Shown: one piece after another, positions 46,606-58,496 of the stretch | How positions within the stretch are numbered: the first letter of the stretch is position 1 | Layout: each line of letters opens with the position of its first letter | DNA from: Podospora anserina | Taxonomy: Eukaryota | DNA: 64,000 nt | Reading direction: 5' to 3' | NCBI GenBank assembly: GCA_017654855.1 | Contig: CM030333.1 | Span: 3,658,001 to 3,722,000 of the forward strand | Notes under the pieces: model-generated | Seen by the model: only the letters and a program-made list of their open reading frames with translations | Told to the model about the DNA's origin: nothing | Databases searched by the model: none | Translations under genes and position numbers: made by a program

Positions 46606-48997
46606 ATGTGCGGCATCTTCGCCTGCCATAGGTCAGTCTCGAACACCTGGTCTTTTCCCTGGCTATCATGAACAATTGCTCGGCATTGGCTCCGTGGTGG
46701 TGACTTGTCAACGACTTTCTGTCCTTGGAGGGGTCAATGCCCCACCACACCACCAAGCCGTTGTCCTTATCGCCGTTATCGCTTCACAAATTCTCGAGAT
46801 CAGCATCAACACCACAGCAAGCATAACGCAGAACGCTAATATGAAGAGCAACCCAGTCACCCAGACGTCGCCAAATTCAAGCCGACTGCTCTGAAGCTTT
46901 CCAAGCAGATCAGACACAGAGGCCCGGATTGGTGAGTCAATCCCTTGCGCAACCCCTCCTGGTAGCTCCAAGACATTTTGTGCTAACTGATTTGATAGGA
47001 GTAAGAATCTCACCCCTGAGTCGGACAAAGACGGATAAACAAGATAAGGAGAAACAATTGGTTTGGCTAACACATTGTCTTCCCACAGGCGGCAGCGTTA
47101 TCTCTAACAACACGAGTACGATAAGGAACCCCAACCCCCCTGGACACATAGAAAACCTCCCACTTTTCTCGAATGTCTTTGAAAGAGCGATGCTAACGCG
47201 GCGCCACAGTTCTGTGCCATGAACGGCTCAGCATCGTCGGTGTTGGTGGGTCTAGATCTGTATATCTGGTTTCGAGGCCGTCGTCTAACCTCAAAGCAGA
47301 GAGCGGAGCTCAGCCACTTACCAATGCCGATGACAGCATTATCCTCGCCGTCAACGGCGAAATCTACAACCACCGTCTTGTTCGCAAGACCTTGAAGACC
47401 CCCTACCACTTCAAGACCACCTCGGATTGCGAGGTTGTGATTCCTCTGGTGAGTCACTGCGAGAGGAGAACTGCGGGGGAGAGCACATGAGATTAACCGG
47501 TGCAACAGTACCTCGAGTATGGCATTGATGCGCCCAAGCACCTCGATGGCATGTTCTCCTTCGTTCTTTACGACAAGAAGAAGGACCGCACAATCGCCGC
47601 CCGCGACCCCATCGGTATCACAACCCTTTACCAGGGCTGGTCCTCCAAGGAGCCCGGCACTGTCTACTTCGCTTCCGAGCTGAAGTCCCTCCACCCCGTC
47701 TGCGACAAGATCGAGGCTTTCCCCCCCGGACACATCTTCGACAGCTTGACTGGCGAGAGGACACGGTACTTTGAGCCCACATGGTGGGATGGCGAGAAGA
47801 TCCCCCAGACCCCTGTCGACCTCAAGAAGCTCCGCGAGACTCTTGAGAGGTCTGTCAGGAAAAGGTTGATGGCTGAGGTTCCTTATGGTGTTCTCCTTTC
47901 CGGCGGTCTTGACTCTTCGCTTGTTGCTTCCATTGCCCAGAGGGAAACCCTGCGCCTGAAGAAGCTTGCAGAGGAGGCCAACGGCGCCGCTGAGGAGAAG
48001 CCTGAGGATTTGGACAAGGGCGAGGGTCTTGTTGGTCTCGATGACGAGGGCAAGCTCTCTACCATGACCTTCCTTCCCCAGCTCAACTCCTTCTCCATTG
48101 GCCTTCCCGGCTCTCCCGACAACGAGGCTGCCCTCAAGGTGGCCAAGTTCCTCGGCACCAAGCACCACGTCATGACCTTCACCATCGAGGATGGTCTTAA
48201 CGCCTTGTCTGATGTCATCTACCACCTCGAGACCTACGATGTCACCACCATCCGTGCCTCGACTCCCATGTACCTGCTCTCTCGCAAGATCAAGGCCATG
48301 GGCATCAAGATGGTCCTCTCTGGTGAGGGTTCCGACGAGATCTTCGGCGGTTACCTCTACTTCCACGGCGCCCCCAACAAGGAGGAGTTCCACACCGAGT
48401 GCGTCCGCCGCGTCAAGAACCTTCACTTGGCCGACTGCCTGCGCGCCAACAAGTCCACCTCCGCGTGGGGTCTTGAGGCCCGTGTGCCCTTCCTCGACAA
48501 GGAGTTCCTCGAGGTGTCGATGAACATCGACCCTGCGGACAAGATGATCAACAAGGAAAGAATGGAGAAGTACATTCTCCGCAAGGCTTTCGACACCTCG
48601 GACGACCCGACCGCCGAGCCCTACCTTCCCGACAACATCCTCTGGCGCCAGAAGGAGCAGTTCTCTGACGGTGTCGGATACGGATGGATCGATGCCCTCA
48701 AGGACAATGCCGAGCTCCACGTCACCGACGAGATGATGAAGAACCCCAAGCCTGAGTGGGGCAGCGATATCCCTGACACCAAGGAGGCCTACTGGTACCG
48801 CCTGATGTTCGACGAGCACTTCCCCCAGTCGTGCGCGTCGACCGTCATGAGGTGGACACCCACATGGTCCAAGCAGACGGATCCCAGTGGCAGGTGAGTT
48901 GAACTTTGGTTCTGAATGGACGCGGTTTGAGAATTGATACTGACGTGGCTTTTACAGAGCTATCTCGATCCATCAGGCCAAGTATGAGGATGCTTAA
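46606..48997 (+). CDS. ASN1: Glutamine-dependent asparagine synthetase; 8 exons (46606-46631, 46857-46931, 46999-47000, 47089-47115, 47210-47245, 47300-47448, 47509-48893, 48958-48997; 579 aa)
   Basis: MCGIF Ntn start, [59 protein letters not shown]. Confidence 0.95.
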
Positions 48998-49949
48998 ATG
49001 TCTTTCCCATCATTTTTGTATATGAGTCATGGCTTCCGGAGGGTCTGGTATCTAGCAGGGCGTCATGTCAAAAGATAGGGTGAGGGATGCGTTGAAGTAC
49101 AGCACAGCTAGCCTGTGAGAATGCAAAAGCTCTGAAAAGTTCATTTTGGTGCAGGGTTTTTGATGGTTGAATTGCCTTGGCAAGGCATATCCGTAGATAT
49201 GCAGGCTGTGAGGTTGGGGGTGATGGGCAGGAGGGAATGCAATGCAGATATCAACCTGATAAAACCTGGGGAAGAAGAGCCAAGCTCTCAAAGCTGGAGC
49301 CAAAGTGTCTGCATAGAGGAAACAGCCGCCAATATGCTTAGCGGATTCATCCACGTGGAGGACCTTGACATAAACTACCACTCTATATGAACAAGGGGTT
49401 CTGTTAAAGGGAACAAACAAATAACTGCCTTGAAAAACATTAAATATAGGTAATGACCAAAAGATTGCTCAGACATGCCATATTTGCATCTGGTTGTTGA
49501 AATAGGTCTCTCAAGTCTCAATATCGTGGATAGACACATACCTGTCGTCTCTCGGGATAGCATACAGATCGGCAGGATGGTCTTTCTTGAGAATCTGGCT
49601 TGTAGACAAAGTAACTGCAACCTCAAGTCAAGCAAATATGAAACAAACGACAGTGCAACTGAGGCAATGCCCCCAAGTCACAACGGCCAAGAGGAAGCCA
49701 TTGACTGATGTGTTTCAAGGGTTAGGGTAATCCCAGGCGATGGCAGCCGTTGCTGCTGGAACTTGGCACTTCCCACCTGGGAGCGATGGCCCAATCACGG
49801 TGGAGAAAGAAATTTGGCAGTTCCGATACTTTACCTTCCCAACATTTCCACGCCTTTCGAGTTCCACCGTCCGACCTAGTCTCTACAAGTTTTCTTGTTT
49901 ACTTTGTTTGCTCGTTATCACCAGTTAAACACACACAATCATCATCAAA

Positions 49950-51250
49950 ATGGCTGCTGTCCCTGCCTACTCCGATATCGCCAAGGCGGCGAACGATGTA
50001 CGTCTTACTCCCCCCATGGCTGTTGTTGGCGAAGGGGGGTTTGATAGAGCGGCATTTCCAAAGCTTGCCTATGCGCCCTCGCCCACAGCGACACCACCGG
50101 CCACAACACTTGCGCATAACCAATTGCTAACTCTCGGGGTCAACCCGCACTCATGTAGCTCCTTTCCAAGGATTTCTACCATCTCTCCTCCGGCAGCCTT
50201 GAGGTCAAGGACACCACCCCCAACCGCGTTGCCTTCAAGGTTACCGGCAAGAGCAGCCACGATGCTGCCACCTCCGGCGCTGTACGTACACTCCTTTGAG
50301 ACACTGCACACGAGGACACTGGCTAACCGCGTCCGCAATAGATCGAGGCCAAGTACTCTGACAAGTCCACCGGTGAATACGCCCCGCCCCCCGCTGTCAA
50401 TCTGCCAATATATCGGGAACCCCTCGATTGCCATGCGGTGCTCAGCCGTATCAGAGGACCCAGGCTACACAAGGCCCCTGTTTAGTGGACAGTGGTTCTT
50501 TCACCAGGCAATACACAGCTGCTAACGTCCTGGCACCGTGCAGGCGTGACCGTCACCCAGACCTGGAACACCGCCAACGCTCTCGAGTCCAAGGTTGAAC
50601 TTGCCGACACCCTCGCCAAGGGTCTCAAGGCCGAGGGTATCTTCTCCTTCCTCCCCGCCTCCCAGGCCAAGGGTGTCAAGGCCAACCTGCAGTTCAAGCA
50701 GTCCAACTTCCACGGCCGCGCTTTCGTCGACCTCCTCAAGGGCCCCACCACCAGCATCGATGCCCTTATCGGCCACGAGGGCTTCCTCGCCGGTGGTTCC
50801 GCTGCTTTTGATGTCCAGAAGGCTAAGATCACCAACTACTCCCTGGCCGTCGGTTACCACGCCCCTACCTACAACGCCGCTGTCACCGCCACCGACAACC
50901 TGAGCGTTTTCTCCGCCAGCTACTACCACAAGGTCAACAAGCTTGTCGAGGCTGGTTCCAAGGCCACCTGGAACTCCAAGACTGGCAACACCGTTGGTCT
51001 TGAGGTTGCCGCCAAGTACCGCATTGACCCCGTTTCCTTCGTCAAGGTTAGTCTCCTGAGGATTTGCTTGTTTGTGTGACAAAACTGACTTTGAAAACAG
51101 GCCAAGATCAACGACCGCGGCGTCGCCGCCGTTGCCTACAACGTCCTCCTCCGTGACGGCGTCAAGCTCGGTCTCGGTGCCTCTTTCGACACCCAGAAGC
51201 TCGACCAGGCCACCCACAAAGTCGGCACCAGCCTTACCTTTGAGAACTAA
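49950..51250 (+). CDS. POR1: Mitochondrial outer-membrane porin VDAC (introns 49998-50158, 50282-50341, 50373-50543, 51047-51100; 284 aa)
   Basis: MAAVPAYSDIAKAANDLLSKDFYH, VTQTWNTAN, SASYYHKVN, FVKAKINDRG, HKVGTSLTFE. Confidence 0.96.
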
Positions 51251-51358
51251 GTTTGATATCCCCGGGATTGTTGTAAAGGTCGGGAGTTGGGGACAAGCCA
51301 TGGCGTTGAATGATTCTCTGTTGTTTTTCTGAAGAATGAGGATACAACATCAATCACC

Positions 51359-51376
51359 GTGTGTGTGTGTGTGTGT
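51359..51376. repeat. (GT)n microsatellite downstream of VDAC
   Basis: Seen directly. Confidence 0.85.
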
Positions 51377-51802
51377 ATCGATTAGACGAAAATAAATGGA
51401 TCACGATGATCAGGGCAAACAAACGTTAGAGTTGGGTCCTTAGCAGGATGAGCATGATTTGTATGAATTCTGCGATCTTTCCAACAGTGCCAATTAATAT
51501 GATTAGGATATCTCACGTTCGTTTATGTGGCGTGCGTGATGCTGCTTGACATATCTCACGGCAACTAGCCTGGGATTATGCTTCACCGAGGTTTTCAAAG
51601 GACTCTTGTTGGCTTTTGTTCTCATTGTTAAGTATCATATGTAATCTCATGTAATGTATATACGACAAAAACAGCAAGTAAATAAATGACTTGGCCATGA
51701 ATCAGGGGGGTGTTGTTTACATCATTACCAACACCCCCCCCCCACACACACACCCCCCTTTCTTTCTATCTTACACTCTTGATTCACTCTCTTTTTCGGG
51801 CT

Positions 51803-52818
51803 CTACCTTCCAAGCCCACCTCCAAACCCCCCTATCAGCATCGCGCCCACAACACTAGCAGCCACGCACCCGCTCAAGACAAAAAAAGTCCCAATCATGC
51901 TGTCATCCGCGTCCAAGCTCAACCCCCTCCGCTTCATGGCCCTCTTTGCCCGCCGTTCCTCATGCCGCCTGTGCGTCCGCTGATGAGAATGCGGGTCAAA
52001 AAACGGGTTCGATCCGGTGTTGGTCCCGTACCCGAACCCCCCAAAGCCGTATTTATAATAGGGATCCTGACCGAAGCCCATCCCGGGGTTGGATTCAGGG
52101 CCGGTGGTGTTCTCCCATCCTTGGTGGTCTTTTGCACTGGTGTCTTGTCTGGCATGTGTTTTCCCCTCTGGCGAGCCCTGCTGGGCTGTTGAGCTCTCGT
52201 GGGCAGCGCGTCGTTTTGAGGCGTGAGCGCCCCACCCCCCTGACTTGTAGAATGAAGGGGGGGGGCCTTGGAAGGTGGTTTTCCGACGGGAGGATAGACC
52301 TGAGGGGGGGCGGCCGCCAGCTGGGTTGCTGGAGTGGTAGGATCCCGACTTTGGGGCGTGGGGGTGGTGCTGGTGGGCGTAGCGGGGGTTTGTGGCGCGG
52401 GAGCGGTCGTATCTGGCGCGGTTTGCCGGGTGGGAGAGGATGGTGTAGGCTTCCGAGATGCGCATGAAGCGGTGGGAGGAGGAGGGGTCGGAGGGGTTGT
52501 GGTCGGGGTGGTGGAGTTTGGAGAGGTGGAAGTAGCTTCTGAAGGGTACCGTTAACAACCATTGGGAGGGGGGATATGGTACATAAGGGAGGCGGACTTT
52601 TTGATCTCGGCTGGGGAGGCGGAGGGGTGGACGTTTAGGGTCTCGTAATGGTCATGGGTTGAGTCGTCTGGGTTGCTGCTGCCGGCAGGGGCGCGATCAT
52701 GGCGGGAGGAGTGAAAGGGTCGGCATGGTTGGGGGTTGTTGACAAGAACATGGTGAGGAGGGTTGGCGATATGGCGTGGGATCGCGCTGCGCGGAGGATG
52801 GTAGTAACGGAATGGCAT
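51803..52818 (-). CDS. J-domain (DnaJ-family) protein with a C-terminal transmembrane helix, likely mitochondrial; intron 52539-52597
   Basis: HYETLNV..ASPAEIKK|SYFHLSKLHHPD..FMRISEAYTILS..RARYD (HPD motif); Arg-rich N-terminus. Confidence 0.85.
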
Positions 52819-53195
52819 TCCTCATCCCGATTGTTGAAGGGGCTGTTATGTCGAGGTTTGGTGATGTTGTCGGCCTCGTGTAAGTCGAGACGTTGGGAAA
52901 ACGCTCCACCTTGAATTGGCACCAGTGACGAAATGGATGCGCGAGAGAACGGAGACTGAGGTCCAATTGTGGCTTGTCACGGCTGTCAAACCTGCAAATT
53001 TGTGGCTCTTGCCCAGCAAACGCCGCACTTGCCCCGCGATTGGTACCAAGCTGCACGCCCTGCCAAGAACAACGGAAAAAAAGAAGCGGGGCTTTTCTGA
53101 CTTGCCATCACTTTGGATCAGGCTTTTGGCTTCCTTCAACTCTCTGAATTATTTCACATAGTTGAAAGCATAAAATCACATATTTGAATCTCACA

Positions 53196-54651
53196 ATGGC
53201 GGCTCAAGCGCCGGTAGATGAGATCGCGCAGCTCAGCGGTAAGCTCAACCTCCACCGGGAGACTGTCAAAGCGTGGCAGCAACTGATAGGATGAGGGAGA
53301 AAAGTGAGCGATGCGGCTACCACAAAGCCCAAGCCAGGTCTTGATTCGGCTACCGCCACCAATGGCAACCTGAACCGTGACAGCGATGATTCCGACGACG
53401 ACGCGGAAAATGCTGCCCCGGGCGCTGAGACGGGGGCCGCCAAGAAGAAGAAGAAGAGAAAGCCGAAGAAGAAGAAGAAGAACCCCACGGCCCAGTCCGA
53501 CCCCCCGCGGGTTCTGATCTCGCAGCTCTTTCCCGACAAGGTGTACCCCAAGGGCGAGGAGGTGGAATATGTGAACGAGAACAGATATCGCACCACCAAC
53601 GAGGAGAAGCGCCACCTCGACAACCTCAAGAATGACTTTTACAATGACTACCGTCATGCTGCTGAGGCCCACCGCCAGACTCGCCAGTGGGCACAAAAGA
53701 ACATCAAGCCTGGCTGGTCGCTGACTGACATTGCCAACGGCATTGAAGACAGCGTCCGTGCTCTTGTTGGTCACCAGGGTCTTGAGGAGGGTGATGCTTT
53801 GAAGGCAGGTATGGGTTTCCCTACTGGCCTCAGTCTCAACCACTGCGCTGCCCACTACAACCCCAACGCTGGAAACAAGATGGTTCTCCAGCAGGATGAT
53901 GTCTTGAAGGTCGATATCGGCGTGCACGTCAACGGCAACATTGTCGACAGTGCCTTCACCTTGGCTTTCAACCCCCGTTATGACCCTCTTCTCGAGGCTT
54001 GCAAGGCGGCCACCAACGAAGGTCTCAAGCAGGCTGGTATTGATGCCAGACTTGGCGAGATTGGTGGGTACATCCAGGAAGTCATGGAGAGTTACGAGGT
54101 TGAGCTGGACGGCAACACGTACCAGGTTAAGCCGATCCGCAACCTCAACGGACACACTATCCTCCCATACAACATTCACGGAGGCAAGAGCGTGCCCATT
54201 GTGAAGAGCAACGACCAGACCAAGATGGAGGAGGGTGATGTCTTCGCCATCGAGACCTTCGGTAGCACTGGCAACGGCTACGTGCACGAGGAAGGTGAGG
54301 TCTCTCACTACGCAAAGAGAATGGATGCGCCCAAGGTGGACCTCCGTCTCAGCTCAGCCAAGTCTTTGTTGAACGTCATCAACAAGAACTTTGGCACCCT
54401 GCCATTCTGCAGACGTTACCTGGACCGCCTTGGCCAGGACAAGTACCTGCTTGGCTTGAACAGCCTCGTTGCCAACGGGGTTGTGGAGTCTTATCCTCCT
54501 CTGGTGGACAAGAAGGGTTCATACACAGCACAGTTTGAGCATGTGAGTATTTCTTTCCCTTGCGCGAGAGACTGCGGAAACTAACGAGTGACAGACCATC
54601 TTGATCCGACCTACCGTAAAGGAGGTCATCAGCCGTGGAGATGATTACTAG
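53196..54651 (+). CDS. MAP2: Methionine aminopeptidase 2 (introns 53239-53304 and 54543-54594; 445 aa)
   Basis: Poly-Lys N-terminus, [53 protein letters not shown]. Confidence 0.95.
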
Positions 54652-55997
54652 AGGAGGTTTGAGCATCGTTTGGTTGGTCTGACAGCATGAAACCTGCCAG
54701 GCCAGGCCTGATGCCACAACAAAATATGTGCAAAGTCTGAAATGACCCTGCTAGCAATACCATTCACGGTCTTGAGTTTGATCTCCTAAACAAACAAGTC
54801 TTTAGAAATGCCAAGCATTCTCAACACTATGTGAATTATAGACTGGGATTCCACGCAAAACTTTCCTGCCAGGTGTTTCCCAGGCACTTCAGGTCCAATC
54901 CCACGTGCCCACCTTCTCCTTGTATCCTAGGTGAGACTGTAAGGTGAGTTGGCAAGCGTGCCCCACTGCTTCCACGCGTGGAAGTGAATATCCACGAAGC
55001 GTTCCAACCAAAGACACCGAACGGGCCGGGTCCGGACCGAGGGAGCATTCTCCACCCGGATCCGTTCCGTAGGTCTGCAAACGGCGTCACTTCCGTGCAA
55101 CATGTGAAAATCGCAACTGGGACTTCTACGGGGTTCGGGATCGTCGCCGTGTTCTAAAGTCCTGACGCCGTGATGAAGTCGGCGGCTGACGATAGGAAAA
55201 CATCGGAGCCACCGACGCATGCACGAAGGGTTAACAATGACGGCACTGACAGCTATCTGGGGGCCAGCGCCCACCGTCAGAGGCAAAATGACATATCCGT
55301 TGTTACCGCTTGCAAACGTGGGGGTAACGCTCGGCATTCCCATTGGGCCGATTGGGTTCGAGAACGGTCGACGGTCCCCGCACCGTTCCGATTCTTTTCA
55401 TCATCGCTCCCCTCTTCTTGGGTATGACAGGGATGCATCGCCCCCCTCCTCTCCCTCAAAGATTTTGCGCCTGCTTGTGCCTGTCAGTGCCTGTCAGTGC
55501 CGAGCAGGGACCGGGACGGGGGAGGCGCTCCTCTTATCGGCCAGTCCCAGAAAGAAAATCTTCAGGTGTTAAAAAAAAGCCCGCAAATTCCGGGGCCCCC
55601 CCCCATCTATCTCCTCCCTTCGGCTCCATCTTACCAATAATTTTTCTGCCTCATATCTTTTTTGCCTCTGTCATTTTTTTTTTGCATGTGCCACAGAGCG
55701 AACGGGTCTTTGCGCCTTTGAAACAAACCAAAAAACGAAATACAGCACGACGGAGCATTTATTCACTTGATACTTGGCAACGCGAAAGGTCGATTGTCAA
55801 ATTCGTTGTTTCGCAACCACCTGCAATTGATTTTTCACCCTCCCTCTTTCTGCGCGGCGTTCACCAACCCCCCCCCTTCTCGCACGCGATCGCGAAAATC
55901 GGAGATTCGGTACGGTCGGCGATCCTTTAGACGCCCAACCAACAAACGGAAAACCACTCTCTGACTGAGAGCACATCCTCAAGAAAACACCGACAAA

Positions 55998-56594
55998 ATG
56001 AAGGTCTTTTCCAACACAGAAACCTTCAACTACTCCTGGGAGGAGGTATCAACCGCCAACTGGCGGAAATACTGCCCATGGAACGACAAGTCCACCCACG
56101 TTCTCGCCGTCGACACCATCAGCCGGACCGTCGACCCCGAGACTGGCATCCTGCGCACAGAACGCCTCATCACCTGCAAGCAGAGCATGCCTGAGATCTT
56201 GAAGAAGATCCTGGGCGCCGGCATGGAGGATCAACAAGTTTTTGAGACGTCCTATGTCGACCCAAAGCAGAGGACCGTCACCATGGTCTCGGAGAACATC
56301 ACATGGAACAACCTTCTCAACGTTCAGGAGACGGTTGTCTACAGACCACTCAATGACCATCAGACATCCTTCGAGCAGGCGGCCAAGATCACCGCTCTGT
56401 GCGGCGGGTGGCAGAAGATTAAGAACAGCATGGAGGACGCGCTCGTCAAGAGGTTTCGCGACAACGCTGCCAGGGGCAAGGAAGGGTTCGAGGCTGTGCT
56501 TGCCATGAGCAGGAGGGTGTTCGCCGAGGAGCAGCAGCGGGAGAAGATGATGCTCATCCAAGCCCAGGCCGTCAACATCCGCATGGCTGCTTAG
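55998..56594 (+). CDS. UPS2: PRELI/MSF1-domain mitochondrial lipid-transfer protein (Ups2-like)
   Basis: MKVF..FNYSWEEVSTANWRKY, THVLAVD, ILRTERLITCKQ, RFRDNAARGKEGFEAVL. Confidence 0.88.
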   Translation: MKVFSNTETFNYSWEEVSTANWRKYCPWNDKSTHVLAVDTISRTVDPETGILRTERLITCKQSMPEILKKILGAGMEDQQVFETSYVDPKQRTVTMVSENITWNNLLNVQETVVYRPLNDHQTSFEQAAKITALCGGWQKIKNSMEDALVKRFRDNAARGKEGFEAVLAMSRRVFAEEQQREKMMLIQAQAVNIRMAA

Positions 56595-57455
56595 GAGGCT
56601 GCCGTCGACTGCAACGATATTGAAGTTGATGGTGAGCACGACAGCAGCACCGGCGATGACGAAAATAGCAACATCGCCTTCAACGTGGATGACCGCTGTC
56701 ATCGGGAGAAAACGGAGCAATTGAAAGAGTGTGACGGCGCAACCACCAACAAAGCCCGACGAACAAGAAGCACAACAACAACGGACCATCAACTGGGAAC
56801 AACGCCTTCAGGACAAAGACGTCATCCCGGGGGTCTCATCACCACCACTAGCATGTTTTGCCCTACACCACGGGGCTGGTTACGGAAAAAGGGTCTTATT
56901 TCACACTATCAAAAAGGTGGCCGCGGGATAGAGGGGATTTATTACACTGGGCTGGAGCTTTGGCGTCGGGGCTTCTTTTACTTCTGAGCATTTTCGCAAC
57001 TGTAACATCATCAAGGGGTTGTTTTTTTCTTTGCTTTTCCCAGCTTTTACCTCTCCTTTTGTCACTCTGTGCGTTTCTTCATTCAAAAGGAGTTCTGGGA
57101 AAAAATACCCCGATGTTGATTTTTGATTTTCATGCCTTTCTTTGTATTGTCTACACGGATAGACGTTTTGTTTTAGAGGGCTTGCTTTACAAAAGAGGAG
57201 CATTAGACAGTTTATAGAACTGGTTGCGGTGTGCTTTCGCGTTTGAGGAGATAGAGGAGGAAGATGGTGGTGAAGAAGATGAAGAGAAAGAATGGGAAAT
57301 GAAATGGACACTCTCCGCTGTGCTGGTTTAATTGGTTAGACCCTTGTTTGCCTAGTAGTTTGCCTTCCTAGCTTCTTTTATGATCATGATTCATGGTTTC
57401 ATGACTGTTGTCTTTTTGTTCGCTGGGTTTCTTGAATACTGGGTGATGCGGTATA

Positions 57456-57949
57456 TCATTGTGACGACTCCAGTTTTGATTTACATCTCCCCTCATACTT
57501 GCGCAGTAGCTCCCTCGTCTCCAGGTCTATTTTTTGTTCTCCCCCGTCAGCCATTATCTTTTTCACGAACCCTATCCCGTCGGAGTAGCGTCGGTAGAAA
57601 TACAACTCCTCCACTGCGTGCAGCAAGTCTTGGGCTTGGGGTTTGCTAATCAGACCGCCGCGGTTGGCGTCTGGTTCGGGGGTGAGAGGGAGAGGGATTT
57701 GAGTCCATAGCTGTGTTGCGGTGATTAGTAACTTGTTCTGATGGGGATGGGATGGGGGGGTGAGGGGCATACATCGCCGTTCTCGACTCGGGGGAAATAT
57801 TCTTTTTTCAGGGCTGCAAACGCTGACTGTGAGAGAGCGGAGCGGTCAGCTCGGGAGACGGGTTGTTTGGCGGGGCAGGAGGCGAGGTCTTCGGGGTCGG
57901 AGTCGGAGGAGGAGCCTAGGTTGAGGTTGAAGAGGAGGTCGTCTGCCAT
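57456..57949 (-). CDS. Small hypothetical protein (intron 57711-57772; 143 aa)
   Basis: ATG in CAAAATGG context; a GTATGC..CTAAT..CAG intron joins ORFs 57725..58006 and 57456..57770 in frame. Confidence 0.7.
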
Positions 57950-58496
57950 TTTGGGATGCGGGCAACTCCGCTGAAGGAGCTGGAGGATAAAATTTGATGA
58001 GAGCAACTTGAGGAGGTCTGGTTAATTGTAAATATTTTGAATGTGAGATTGCTGTGAGAACAAAAGTTGAGATTGTGGGCGAGTCAAGTGAGTGAATTGT
58101 AAAAGTTGAGAGGTGAGGTTGATGGATGGAGCTTTTCGGCAACGGCGCCGTGGCGGAGTCACCGCTTTGAACCTCCGCTCCGGCGATTCCCCCCGAGAGC
58201 TGCTGTCTCCGCACCGGCGAGTTCAACTTCGTCTTCAACGACAACTGTTCGGAAAGCTGGGGCTTTCTAACGTTCATATTGTAACTGTGTTTTTTTTTTC
58301 TGGTTTTCGAATGTGGTGTAAACTGACAAAAACTCGGCATTTGCATCCGAGTTTGCAGCTGCTGCATTGCTTGCTCTGAACCCAATCCTCGAGCGACTCC
58401 GAAGCACAAACTACACTTCCCGTCGGCACCTTTCACTTACACCTTGAATTATACCACACTTCCCCAAGTGTAGTTGTTTTGTACGCCATTACCGCA

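Noticed and set aside
47104-48819. Long antisense ORFs (571 aa here; also 26860-27822, 29850-30680, 50522-51301, 53154-54308, 13446-14372)
   Set aside because: Shadows of strongly codon-biased sense genes, with no recognisable protein features.
49052-49708. Short ORFs between asparagine synthetase and VDAC
   Set aside because: No motifs, codon bias or consistent splice model.
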